From positions 128,001-192,000 of the forward strand of contig CAVXYC010000001.1 in the NCBI GenBank assembly GCA_963765765.1: 64,000 nucleotides of DNA. Direction: 5' to 3'. Position 1 is the first letter of the stretch; the number at the start of each line of letters is the position of its first letter. Below the pieces are notes generated by a model. The model saw only the letters and a program-made list of their open reading frames with translations, did not search any database and was not told where the DNA came from. Source of the stretch: an uncultured Chloroflexia bacterium. GTDB taxonomy: Bacteria; Chloroflexota; UBA6077; JACCZL01. Both the position numbers and the translations under genes were made by a program. Positions 21,178 to 31,439 of this stretch are shown one piece after another.

Positions 21178-22020
21178 CTAGGTCTCCTCGATTGCGAGAG
21201 AGCTCGACAGCTCGCGATACGCATCGGCGTGGGCGAGCATATCCTTGGCCTTCTGCTCAACCGCCTGGACCGCGTCGGCGCCGGCGACCCACCGCAGCGG
21301 AGGGTCGTCCTGGCTTGCGAGTCGGACCAACCCTTTGGCGAGTTTGGTGGGGTCCCCGCCCTGCTTGCCTCTCATTCCGTTCCAGGCGGTGACCGTCTGC
21401 CTGGTACGCTCGGCGTAGTCGTCGATCCAAGGCTCAGCATATTTAGTCGACTCCGGCGTGAGCAGTTGCGTGCGGAAGAAACCCGGCTCGACGAGCATCG
21501 TCCGGATGCCGAATGGCGCGATCTCAGGTGCTAGCGACTCAATCCAGCCCTCTACCGCGAATTTGGAAGCGGAATACGCGGTGCAGAACTCCTGGCCCGC
21601 AATTCTGGCCGTCGACGAGATTGCCACGACGAGACCCGATCGCTGGGCGCGCATGACAGGAAGTACCGCGCGGGTGATGTTGATTGTGCCGAAAAGGTTG
21701 GTCTCAACCTGTGCTCGGAAGTCCTCCGGGGTAATCTCCTCAAAGAAGCCCGCGTGAAAATTGCCGGCGTTGTTCACGAGTACGTCGATGCGGCCAAACC
21801 GTTCGACCGCGGTCTGAACGGCTGCCTCCGCCTCAGCGGCGTTGGTAATATCGAGCTTGACGGCCAGCAGGTCGTCAGTTGCGCCGACGGCCGTCTCGAC
21901 CTTATGTGGGTTCCGCCCCGTCGCGACGACTGCATATCCCGCGGCTAGCGCTGCTCGGGCGATGTCGACGCCCATGCCGCGACCGGCGCCGGTGATGAAC
22001 CAGACCAACTTTTCAGTCAT
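21178..22020 (-). CDS. SDR family oxidoreductase
   Basis: WFITGAGRGMG, NNAG, YSASKF, VEPGFFRT. Confidence 0.92.
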   Translation of the reverse strand: MTEKLVWFITGAGRGMGVDIARAALAAGYAVVATGRNPHKVETAVGATDDLLAVKLDITNAAEAEAAVQTAVERFGRIDVLVNNAGNFHAGFFEEITPEDFRAQVETNLFGTINITRAVLPVMRAQRSGLVVAISSTARIAGQEFCTAYSASKFAVEGWIESLAPEIAPFGIRTMLVEPGFFRTQLLTPESTKYAEPWIDDYAERTRQTVTAWNGMRGKQGGDPTKLAKGLVRLASQDDPPLRWVAGADAVQAVEQKAKDMLAHADAYRELSSSLAIEET

Positions 22021-22190
22021 TTGTGGCGTATCGTTCCCACTGCACCGGGACTCGCGTCAGCCAAGTTCCTACCCTCGATCCGCGTATCTACCATGTCAGG
22101 CAGTTCTCAAGATACGTGCAGGTCAGCTGTCATCTCACCCATGTTCGTTAGTGTCGGGACGGGCTTAGCGGGCGTTGCAGGTAACGGCTG

Positions 22191-22521
22191 TCAACCTCGG
22201 AAAGTAGGCAAGAGTGGCTCTTTTGACGCGTACAAGATCACTTCACCACCGACGGCATCGGGTGGTTCTAGCAGCATATCTGCGAGCCGATTTCTGACAA
22301 AGGTCTTGGCGCTATCGTTTGATGCCAGCGCAGAGTCCCAACTGTCGAATAGACTGAGAGATATAACGATGTTCCCACTCTAGGGGAGATTCGCAATCGA
22401 TTAGGTAGTAGCTCTGGAAGCCCGGATTCTGCTTCAGTAGCGGGACGAATTCGAGCTCGGCTCGCCTACTGACTTGTTGGACCGATTTGACGTTGTGGTA
22501 CTTCCTGATGCTAACAAACAT
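22191..22521 (-). CDS. ABM-like dimeric alpha/beta barrel protein; frameshift near 22385
   Basis: MFVSIRKY...FVPLLKQNPGFQSYYLID...SLSLFDSWDSALASN; GGAGGAG RBS. Confidence 0.65.
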
Positions 22522-22549
22522 TGCACTCCTCCGGATGATCGGCTGAGCT

Positions 22550-23577
22550 CTAGCCCGCCGCATCCATGCCAAAGAGGGATTAGGACAGAGCCGTTCTCGA
22601 CGCGTACGGGATATGGTCTTCAGTGGGACGATGACGGGCGCACCCAGGGCCTTGCCGGTCTTGTAGTTGAAGCGCCCATGGTGCTTGGGGCACTCGATAG
22701 TGTCGCCCCAGACCAGCCCGTCGGCTAGGCAGACGCGCTGGTGCGTACAGTTGCCGGCGGTAGCGAAATACTCGTTCTCGGGACTTCGGTAGATAGCGAA
22801 GCTCTGACCCTCGTGGTGCGAAGCCGGATCACGTCTTGCACCTCGATGTCGCCCGTGGCGCAGGCCCGAACCCACGTCCCCGTCGCGTTCGCTACAGACA
22901 TCGAGAAGACCGCTTTGCCCTCAATAAGCATCGATGCGTAATACGCCAGAAATGCGAAGAGGCCGATGACCCCTATCTGATGCACAAAGAACGCTGGTGT
23001 CGACGTCGCGAAATCCCAGCCGTCTAGGCTCATCTGCATCAGGAGTTTCGACCCGATATCCAACTCCAGCCAACTAAAGACGCCGAAGGCAGCTAGGCCC
23101 GCAGCGAGCAGGCGAAGCACCGTGGTGCGACGGGTGCTCGCCGATGTGATCCCGAGTCTGGTGCTCACCATGGCGCCAACTGTGCGCCATTGCCAACCAA
23201 GATGAATCGCGACGATGACCAAAGCCCAGTACGCGGCAGAAGCGTGAACCTGTCGAGAGGTAAAGTCGCTCCTAATGGGCAGAAAGCTGAATACAGTCTG
23301 TGAAATGATCACGCTGGTGACCACGAGTGTCAGCATGGTGATCAGCAGCGACAGGTGCATCGTCGTTGTGACGACGTTGGGCGCTTCATTAAGCCCCTTC
23401 GGAATTCCACCCCACCAGTGACGATTGAAAATATTATGTGCAATCAGCAGCAGGAAAAATCCAGTGCCGACGATTTCGTGAACAGCGTTGTTCAGCCAGT
23501 AGTAGGCGAGCGCGACCAGCAACAAACCGGCCGCTGTAAGATCGAGCCATAAGCCGAAGAAATGACAGGGGCCTCAC
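22550..23577 (-). CDS. DUF4405 (cytochrome b-like) membrane protein fused to MocE-type Rieske ferredoxin (frameshifts; 3' end approximate)
   Basis: His-bearing TMs (AVHEIVG, IAHNIFN, QVHASAAYW, AIHLG) run in frame into WVRACATGDI; Rieske CTH...CPKH. Confidence 0.72.
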
Positions 23578-24219
23578 GGCATGTAGGCCCGCATTCTGTC
23601 AAGCGTAAACATGAAATCGTTCCTTGCCTGCCCGCCGTGGCACGACATGCAGCGCTCGGAGATCGACGTGCGGCGCACTTGCCAGGTTGGGATCATACTG
23701 CTGATAGTGCCAGTCGCCGTTCCGAACCTCCTCAGAGAAATCAAGGCCCCAATTAACGCCCTTTTCCATCACGAAATAGTCGGTCAAAGCGTTGTTGTTG
23801 AAAATTTCCAACACCAGAACAGTGCCGGCCGGCAGCGGCTGGCCGGCCTTTGCGATGTCGATCGTTTCTCGCAGGGCATAGGCCTGCTCTCCGCCGGATC
23901 CGCGGCGGTAGTCCCCGTACATCACCATCTGGTCAAAATTTGAAGGAAACGTGACGCGGCTGGTTCCGGCCTGAGACCCCTGCGAGGAGCGCTAGGCCGC
24001 CGGGGTCGCTGCCGATGGGGAGAGCCGCCATGGTCGCCACTGATGGGGAATCTGCAACGGTCGCTGCCGAGGGTGAAGCCGCGACAGTCCTTGCCGATGG
24101 GGAAGCCGCAACGGTCGCTGCCCTGGCGCTCCAGTTGGGATACCGCCTGAATTGGAGGAGCAAGCTACGACGACGACCGCGATCGCCGCCACGGTCATCA
24201 ATGCGATTATCTTCTTCAT
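23574..24219 (-). CDS. Cytochrome P460-family lipoprotein (frameshifted)
   Basis: Lipobox VVAC; LPAGTVLVLE, FVMEKG, RNGDWHY; CMSCH heme motif near 23640-23655 followed by DFMFT. Confidence 0.78.
24010..24125 (-). repeat. About 4 imperfect 27-bp tandem repeats encoding an ATVAASPSA linker
   Basis: Repeated units like GCAACGGTCGCTGCCGA..GG inside the P460 gene. Confidence 0.7.
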
Positions 24220-24575
24220 GGTCCCAGTGAGCCTCATTCTCTGTGGGCCTGTGCCGAGTCGCGTCAGGGCACGGCCAAGCGGGCGACAGTCGATTGCGAG
24301 CGAACGCACATCCCCTGTGAGGGACGACACGGCTGGCTGACTCCTGCTGCGATTTCGACTGTCACACCCTTATGTTTCGGCCTGCGCCGGGCGGGCCTCA
24401 TGCCGCTCACCTGGAGAGCGACCGGTGCCATGCGCTGCACATTCGACGCATCTGGCAGCGGCGGCGGGATCCCCCCACGGTGACGAGTGGCAGTGGGGCC
24501 ACGACGCCCCGAGCCAGCTCACTGCGCTGTCCGGTCAAGACAGCGATGGCCGTCTCGCCACTTGACTTGAAGCGG

Positions 24576-25730
24576 TCAGCCGAGCCCGAGGTTGCTCTTG
24601 AAGAACGGAGCCAGCTTTGTGGCGGCCACCGTCGCGCCCTCGCCATCGTAGAGGTCCATATGCGTCGCGCCGGGAGATAATGAAGAAGCTCCTTTTGCGG
24701 TGATGCAGCCTTGTTGATCAATTCCTGGCTGTGCCAGAGCGACCCAGCCTCGCTGCCTGCGATCATCAGGAACGGCTGCGTGATGAAGGTGTCGGCCCCT
24801 TCGAACCCCGTGAATGACGCCAGGGTGCTGATGCTCGTCATCAGCATCTGATTGGTCGAGGTCGGGTAATGGCCACGCGGCGTTAGATAGTAGTCGGCAG
24901 CTTCCTGAAGGTCACGAGGCGCGGTGGTGTCGCCAAAGATTGGGCACGTAGGGGACGTAGACGGGCGCAGCTCCAGCGGCTTCTGCCAAGCGCTGCTGGG
25001 CAACCGCTTCCAACGTCGGGATCATGGCGGATTCCGGCGTGTTGCCTTCCCAGCCTTTCCGGGTTGCGGCCCCCACATCGACCGCGCTGACCGTCGCCAG
25101 CGCCTTGATCCGGCGCTCTGTCATCGACGCCTTTACGGCGATACCGCTGCCGGCGCATGCGCCCAGGGCACCGACGACGTTCAACATCCACATAAGGCAG
25201 CGAGGTCAGGTAATCGACAGCGCTGTAGAAGTCGACGACGCGCTTCATCGGATCATCGACGAAGCGAGGCAAACCGCCACTCGCACCCTGATGGGAGGCG
25301 TCGAAGGCTAAGGTGACGAAGCCTTCTTCGGCAAGTTTCAGCGCGTAGAGGCCGGCCACCTGTTCCTTCACCCCACCGCCCGGGTGAACGACCACGATGG
25401 CGGGATACTTCTGGCGATCGCTGAAGCCCCTCGGCAAATAGACGTTGCCCGACATCGTGACGTCGTTGTTCTGGAACGCGACACCCCGGACGGTGACGTC
25501 ACCGATTTGCGCGGTCATCCCGGCCGGCGCCTGCCACGCGGCGCTCAGGCACTCGCTACCCAGCTACTCGCCGTAGGCTGCTATGAAGCCAACGCGGCTG
25601 ATGCGCCCCCCAACGATGTCCCGACGGCCAACCCTGCCCCAACGATGGCAGTAGTGGCCAAGAATCCGCGGCGACTGATGACCTGGCGATCCCAAGAGCT
25701 CGATGCAATCGCATGCTGACGCTCGTCCAT
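24576..25730 (-). CDS. Alpha/beta hydrolase (YcjY-like) with Tat-type signal; multiple frameshifts
   Basis: SRRGFL leader; HPGGGVKEQ, FDASHQGASGG, GACAGS nucleophile elbow, GATHMDLYD. Confidence 0.85.
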
Positions 25731-25844
25731 GACGTGTCCCTTTCCCGTTGGTGACGTTGCGGTCGCGATCAGAGTTGTCACTTCGTTTGTGTCCATCCTG
25801 TTTTTGCGACCATTCGGTTCGTTGACTCATGATCTCGCACTCTC

Positions 25845-25879
25845 TATCCTGTTACTAGATGTCCAGTTATCCTGGTATT
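25845..25879. promoter_or_regulatory. Direct repeat TATCCTG(T/G)TA in the divergent promoter
   Basis: Copies at 25845 and 25868, between the hydrolase and MmyB-type genes. Confidence 0.45.
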
Positions 25880-26716
25880 GCAACTACCACCCGAGCTGAG
25901 CTCAGCGAATTTCTCAAGAACCGCCGGGGACGAATCGCCCCACTGACAGTTGGCATCAGCAACCGGTCTCGCCGCCGTACACCAGGTTTGCGCAGAGAAG
26001 GAAGTGGCTGATCTCGCATGCGTCGGCCCCACCTGGTACACCTGGCTTGAGCAGGGCCGGGACATTCGCGTCTCGACCGAGGGACTGACGGGTATCGCTT
26101 GGGCTCTGCAATTCGGAACCGGCCGAACGTGCACACCTCTTTCGTCTGGCTGGTCACGCGCCGCCTGCAGCAGACCCAGCTACGGCGGTTTCGATCCCTC
26201 CCCGTCTTCAGCGAATCCTCGATAGCTGGGATCCGTATCCTGCGCTCATCACGGGCCGTCGGCGTGACGTCCTGACCTGGAACCGGTCGGGCGATCTGAT
26301 CAACGGCTATACGCGGCTCCCTACGGAGAAGCGCAACATCCTGCGGTGGTATTTCCTAGTCCCTTCATCACGCCGGCTGATGCTCGATTGGGATCGCGAG
26401 GCGGCGCTGACAGTCGCGGCTTTCCGTGCCGAAGCTGGTGGAGAACTCGTTGAGCCCGGACGATCAGCAGCTCATTACCGAACTGCTCGACCTCAGTCCC
26501 GACTTTGCGGCGATTTGGGCTCGGCAGGACGTGCGAGAGCGCCAGGGCGGATTTAAGCGTCTTCGCCATCCGAAACTCGGCCGTCTCGACATCGAGTCCA
26601 CGTCTCTTCGGGACACCGAAAACCCGTCGTTGCGAATCTTCCTCTACTCCCCTGCCGATGGTAGGAGCGAGGCTAAGCTGCGCGAGGCCGCCGCGGCGCG
26701 TACGGCAAAGCCGTGA
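25878..26716 (+). CDS. MmyB-like XRE transcriptional regulator (frameshifted; start approximate)
   Basis: ELSEFLKNRR, RRRTPGLRREEVA, WYTWLEQGRD, SPDFAAIW, HPKLGRL. Confidence 0.85.
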
Positions 26717-26753
26717 AGCGGAAGTGGACGCGCAACTGACCATTCGGCCTGCT

Positions 26754-26781
26754 AGTTCCGATAACGCCCATTATCGGACCC
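26754..26781. repeat. dif-like symmetric recombination site
   Basis: AGTTCCGATAA-CGCCCA-TTATCGGACCC (11-6-11). Confidence 0.65.
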
Positions 26782-27107
26782 GCCCTTCTGGTTAGACCCA
26801 ACCGGGGATTGTCGGGAATCACCAACGGTCCGGCGTGTTTCTGGTCGTTTCAGACGCCGAGCTCCTCGTCCGTAAGATGCGCGGCAGGGAAAAAGAGCGG
26901 CTGGCCGAAGCGATCGACTCCAAACTGGCCGATGGCTTGCTGTGCCCTCATGTCGCGGCGCGTGGCGAGCATCTCCTTGGGCAGGATCCCTACGGTCGTT
27001 GGTTCGCGCGGCATTCATCGTGCACTTTGAGAACACTGGCGCACCCTTGCATCACGCCGGGTTTGATGCGCCGACGAAATTACTAAGAGGGTAAGTGGAG
27101 GTATCTC

Positions 27108-27596
27108 ATGGCGATGAACATGCTCCAGCAGCTTCTGGGCGGCGGCGAACAGCGGCAGCAGTACGAAGACTTCACACGGCGATATGACCAGGGCGCCCCC
27201 TGGGACGGCATCTCGGACCAGGAAGCACTGGACCGCTATCAGCAGGTGGCGCCCCAGCTTCCTCCGGCGATGTACCAACAGTCGGCTCAGGAAGCCTTCT
27301 CGCGGTTGAGTCCACAGGAGCGCATGCAGCTTGGTCAGTACTTGCAGCAGCAGGCGCGGCAACAGAACGTCCAGGTAGCCGATTTCAACCAGGACGGCAT
27401 AGATGACCGCTTCCAGGATCCGGCCTATCTCGCGCAGGTGACCGGTCGTATGGATCAGCAGCAGCCAGGATTGCTCGGCCAACTGCTTGGAGGCGGCGGA
27501 AGCGGAGGGCAAAGCATGCTCGCGAATCCAATCGCCAAAGCTGCACTGGGTGGTATCGCCGCCATGGCCGTCAAGAACATGATGGGTGGACGATAA
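27108..27596 (+). CDS. Gln-rich hypothetical protein
   Basis: GGAGGT RBS, coherent 162-aa ORF. Confidence 0.8.
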   Translation: MAMNMLQQLLGGGEQRQQYEDFTRRYDQGAPWDGISDQEALDRYQQVAPQLPPAMYQQSAQEAFSRLSPQERMQLGQYLQQQARQQNVQVADFNQDGIDDRFQDPAYLAQVTGRMDQQQPGLLGQLLGGGGSGGQSMLANPIAKAALGGIAAMAVKNMMGGR

Positions 27597-27612
27597 GGAG
27601 GAAGGAGTCACC

Positions 27613-27825
27613 ATGGCTGATATCACCAAGTACGTTGACAAATCCCACGAGCAGAAGGACTTTGCGGAGCTGGCGGATCTGCCAATTGACGCCCTTCAAG
27701 GAGTGAGCAAAGCAGATGCTGAGGCAATCCAGAAGGCCTTCAATGTCAAATCGATCCGCCAGCTCGCCGAGCACAAATTCATCCGAGCAGCTCAGGCGCT
27801 CACCTTCCTGGCCGGAGCCAAGTAG
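27613..27825 (+). CDS. Small conserved hypothetical protein (HhH-like)
   Basis: AAGGAG RBS; LPIDALQGVSKADAE motif. Confidence 0.78.
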   Translation: MADITKYVDKSHEQKDFAELADLPIDALQGVSKADAEAIQKAFNVKSIRQLAEHKFIRAAQALTFLAGAK

Positions 27826-27988
27826 GACTCAGGCGGTCTTTTCGCAGAGGCAAGACACTCGAACGCTAGTGTGAGCATCTGCTAGGCCTGGCTAATAGAA
27901 GGTGGTTCTGACACGGTCTCGAAATTCCGCACGTCTCCTAATGGACATCAGCGTGTTTCCGCCAATCCCGGTTCCGTAGCATTCGCGG

Positions 27989-29236
27989 GTGAGGCTCTTC
28001 ATCAACGCTACGTCATCCCGCACGGGCGGCGGGGTGGCGCACCTGACGTGGCTACTGCACGCCTTGGCGAAGATTGAGTCAGAGCTCGAGATCGTTGTGC
28101 TCACGACCCAGACACCACCGGTCGGACTTCGAGGATTGCCGGTGCGATATCAGGTGCGGCCGCATCCGGCCGATACGTGGCCGCTGCCTCGACGGCTTGT
28201 TTGGGAGGAGACTCGACTTCCGAAGATGATCGAGCGGTGGGGTGCGGACGTGTATCTGTCATTCGGAAGCTTCGGTCTGCTCCGCTGCCCATGCCGCCAG
28301 GTCATGATCTGCGCGCAACCGCTCTACTTCTCTGACAGGTATTACCGAGAGTTCGCGTCCAAGAACCGACTCCTTCGTCTTGAGGAGCTTGGCCGGCGTG
28401 CATTGTTGAAAGCTACCGCTCGGCGGGCGGATCGGATTCTCACCCAGACGGAGGCGATGCGCCAGCAGATCGTAGTCCAGCTCGGTGTCCAGTCCGAGCG
28501 CATCAGCGTGATTCCGCATGGAATTCATGATTCATTTTTTGGTCGGGAGAGCGTGGCACGGTCGGGCAAGATGCCCGACACCACCGACAATGCTGGGCCC
28601 ACACTGGTGTCGGGCATCTTGCCCGACCGTGCCACGCCTGCCTCGGCGAACCATCGGTCTACCGTCCTCTACGTCTCCGTTCACCAGGTCCACAAGGATT
28701 TCGACACGCTGGTCGGCGCGGCGGCATTGCTGCGGGATCGAGGACGGTCCGATGTGCAATTCGCGTTCACCGGCAGCCCGAACGACAACCAGTTTTCGCG
28801 AGCCACGGCTGGGCTCGTGCATGAGCTTAGGCTTGAGGAAGCGGTACACTTCGTTGGCCTCGTGCCCAATGATCAGATCCACTCCCTGTATCGCTCGGCA
28901 GACGTCTTTGCCTTCCCATCCTGGGCTGAAACATTTGGCATTCCATTGGTTGAGGCAATGGCCAGCGGGCTCCCGATTGTCGCGGCGGATATCGCGGTGA
29001 ATCGCGAAGTCGCGGCCGACGCCGCCGTGTACCACGCAGTCTCGGACCCGGATTCGCTCGCTGCACAGATCTCACGAGTGCTTGACGAGCCCGATCTGCG
29101 GAGGACAATTGACCGAGGCAGGTCGAGACAGAAGCCAGCAATTCACCTGGGAACGAGCCGCGCGGCAGACGCTGGCCGCGATAGAGGCAACCGCTCGACG
29201 ATGAGCAACCGCGCACCGAACAACTTCCACCTGTGA
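27989..29236 (+). CDS. Glycosyltransferase family 4 (GT-B); C-terminus likely frameshifted
   Basis: HKDFDTL, FAFPSWAETFGIPLVEAMASGLP. Confidence 0.9.
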   Translation: MRLFINATSSRTGGGVAHLTWLLHALAKIESELEIVVLTTQTPPVGLRGLPVRYQVRPHPADTWPLPRRLVWEETRLPKMIERWGADVYLSFGSFGLLRCPCRQVMICAQPLYFSDRYYREFASKNRLLRLEELGRRALLKATARRADRILTQTEAMRQQIVVQLGVQSERISVIPHGIHDSFFGRESVARSGKMPDTTDNAGPTLVSGILPDRATPASANHRSTVLYVSVHQVHKDFDTLVGAAALLRDRGRSDVQFAFTGSPNDNQFSRATAGLVHELRLEEAVHFVGLVPNDQIHSLYRSADVFAFPSWAETFGIPLVEAMASGLPIVAADIAVNREVAADAAVYHAVSDPDSLAAQISRVLDEPDLRRTIDRGRSRQKPAIHLGTSRAADAGRDRGNRSTMSNRAPNNFHL

Positions 29237-29249
29237 GCATCCACCACGC

Positions 29250-31439
29250 ATGAAACAAGTCACCCAGACCTATCGATCCGGCGAAACACGCGTTGAGGAC
29301 GTGCCCGTACCGCTTTGCCCCGAAGGCGGGGTGCTGGTAGCCAACGCTTTTTCGCTCATCAGCGCCGGGACAGAGCGTACGGTGGTGGAGACGGCCAGCG
29401 AGAGCCTGATCGGCAAGGCCCGCCGACGGCCGGACCTGGTCCGTCAGGTTCTGGACAGGGCTCGCAAGGAAGGCATCGCGCCCACGATCCAGGCAGTGCG
29501 CTCGCGCCTGGATACACCGATCCCGCTGGGCTATAGCTGCGCCGGGACGGTCATTGAAGTCGGCGAAGGCGTGGATGATCTCTCGGTGGGGGATCGAGTT
29601 GCTTGCGCTGGCGCGGGCCATGCGAACCACGCCGAGATCGTGGCCGTGCCCCGGAACCTATGCGTGCGCATCCCCGACGAGGTTGGTCTGGATGACGCCG
29701 CGTTTGTCACAGTCGGTGCCATTGCCCTCCAGGGGCTTCGCGTGGCTGATGTGAAGCTGGGCGAGCGCGTAGTAGTCATCGGGCTCGGCCTCGTTGGTCA
29801 GCTCGCGGTGCAGCTTCTCAACGCCGCTGGCTGCAATGTATTCGGCATCGATCTCGATCCCACCAAAGTGGCCATCGCTCATGAGCACGGCGCCGTGGCG
29901 GGCGCTCCGCGAGAGATGCCAAACCTGGACGACGCGATTCTCGAGTTCACCGGCGGCTACGGCGCGGACGCGGTGATCATCACGGCTGGCACATCGAGTA
30001 ACGATCCCATCGAGCTGGCTGCACATATTTCGCGAGACAAGGGGCGTGTGGTTGTGGTGGGCGCCGTGGGGATGAACGTGCCGAGGCCGCCCTTCTATGA
30101 AAAAGAGCTGGACCTGCGGCTTTCCCGCTCGTACGGACCTGGCCGCTACGATCCTGAGTACGAGGAGCACGGGGTGGACTACCCCATTGGCTACGTTCGC
30201 TGGACCGAGGGACGCAATATGGAGGCGTTTCTCGAAGCAGTGGGCCGTCGGCGGATAAAGACGTCGTCGCTTGTGACACACCGCTTCAGCATCGACGATG
30301 CCAATGACGCCTACGACGTGCTGAGCGGAAAGCGTCCGGAGCCTTCGCTGGCAATCCTCTTATCGTACCCACGCGAGCCGATCTTAGAGCGACGGGTAGC
30401 GGTGGCGAGTGTAAAGACGACGACGCCGTCCAGCGCCGTCGGCATCGGATTCATAGGCGCCGGCAACTTCTCACGCGCAGTCCTGTTCCCAGCGCTCAAG
30501 TCCATACCGGACATCAACCTGGTGGGTGTGGCATCGAATACGGGACTGAGTGCTCGCTCAGCCGCCCAGCAGTTCGGCTTTCACTCCGCCACCAGCGATT
30601 ACCGCCAGCTGCTGGACGATGAGCGTGTCACCGCCGTTGTCATAGCGACGAGGCACGATCTCCACGCGCGCATGGCCATCGAGGCTCTGGATGCGGGAAA
30701 AAGCGTCTTCCTGGAGAAACCGCTGGCGCTCAACCTGGACCAGCTGCGGGCCGTCCTCGCGGCCGATGCCCGCTCGCCGGGGTTGCTGATGGTGGGCTTC
30801 AATCGTCGCTTTGCCCCGTCGATTCAGCGCTTCCGCGAGTTCTTTGGTCGCCGCTCCAGTCCGCTGACCATTGAGTACAGGGTCAATGCCGGACCATTGC
30901 CGCGCAATCATTGGCTCAACGATCCGACCCAGGGGGGCGGTCGAATCATCGGTGAGGTCTGCCACTTTGTGGACACGGTGACCTACCTGGCAGGCTCATC
31001 GCTGGAGCGTATCTACGCGGAGCCACTGGGCGGCGAGCGAGGACCATCGGTACAGAGTGCTCTTGTGAGCCTGCGATATGGCGATGGCTCAGTAGGGTCT
31101 GTCATCTACGCTGCGGAGGGCGATCGAAGTTTTGCCAAAGAGCGCATGGAAGTGATCGGCGCTGGCGCGGTGGCCATCCTGGACGACTTTCGATCTTGGC
31201 AGATCAGTCGAGGAGGCAAGCGTCAACGGGCTGGCGGAGGGCTCCTCGGATCGCAGGACAAGGGTCATGCGGCGGAGCTGGCATCATTTGTACGCGCGGT
31301 TCGTCAAGGCGGACCATGTCCCATTCCGGTGCATGAATCCGCGCTCACCACGCTGGCAACGTTCAAGATCGTGGAGTCGCTCACATTGGGGCGTCCGTTT
31401 GAGCTGAATCCCAGCGACCTCGTGCCCGCCTACGCATGA
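29250..31439 (+). CDS. Bi-domain oxidoreductase (Zn-type dehydrogenase plus Gfo/Idh/MocA)
   Basis: SLISAGTE, GLGLVG, SRSYGPGRYD, GFIGAGNF, EKPLA, VGFNRRF, GEVCHFVD. Confidence 0.92.
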   Translation: MKQVTQTYRSGETRVEDVPVPLCPEGGVLVANAFSLISAGTERTVVETASESLIGKARRRPDLVRQVLDRARKEGIAPTIQAVRSRLDTPIPLGYSCAGTVIEVGEGVDDLSVGDRVACAGAGHANHAEIVAVPRNLCVRIPDEVGLDDAAFVTVGAIALQGLRVADVKLGERVVVIGLGLVGQLAVQLLNAAGCNVFGIDLDPTKVAIAHEHGAVAGAPREMPNLDDAILEFTGGYGADAVIITAGTSSNDPIELAAHISRDKGRVVVVGAVGMNVPRPPFYEKELDLRLSRSYGPGRYDPEYEEHGVDYPIGYVRWTEGRNMEAFLEAVGRRRIKTSSLVTHRFSIDDANDAYDVLSGKRPEPSLAILLSYPREPILERRVAVASVKTTTPSSAVGIGFIGAGNFSRAVLFPALKSIPDINLVGVASNTGLSARSAAQQFGFHSATSDYRQLLDDERVTAVVIATRHDLHARMAIEALDAGKSVFLEKPLALNLDQLRAVLAADARSPGLLMVGFNRRFAPSIQRFREFFGRRSSPLTIEYRVNAGPLPRNHWLNDPTQGGGRIIGEVCHFVDTVTYLAGSSLERIYAEPLGGERGPSVQSALVSLRYGDGSVGSVIYAAEGDRSFAKERMEVIGAGAVAILDDFRSWQISRGGKRQRAGGGLLGSQDKGHAAELASFVRAVRQGGPCPIPVHESALTTLATFKIVESLTLGRPFELNPSDLVPAYA

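Noticed and set aside
26809-27086. Short ORFs after the dif-like site
   Set aside because: No recognisable motif; possibly a remnant.
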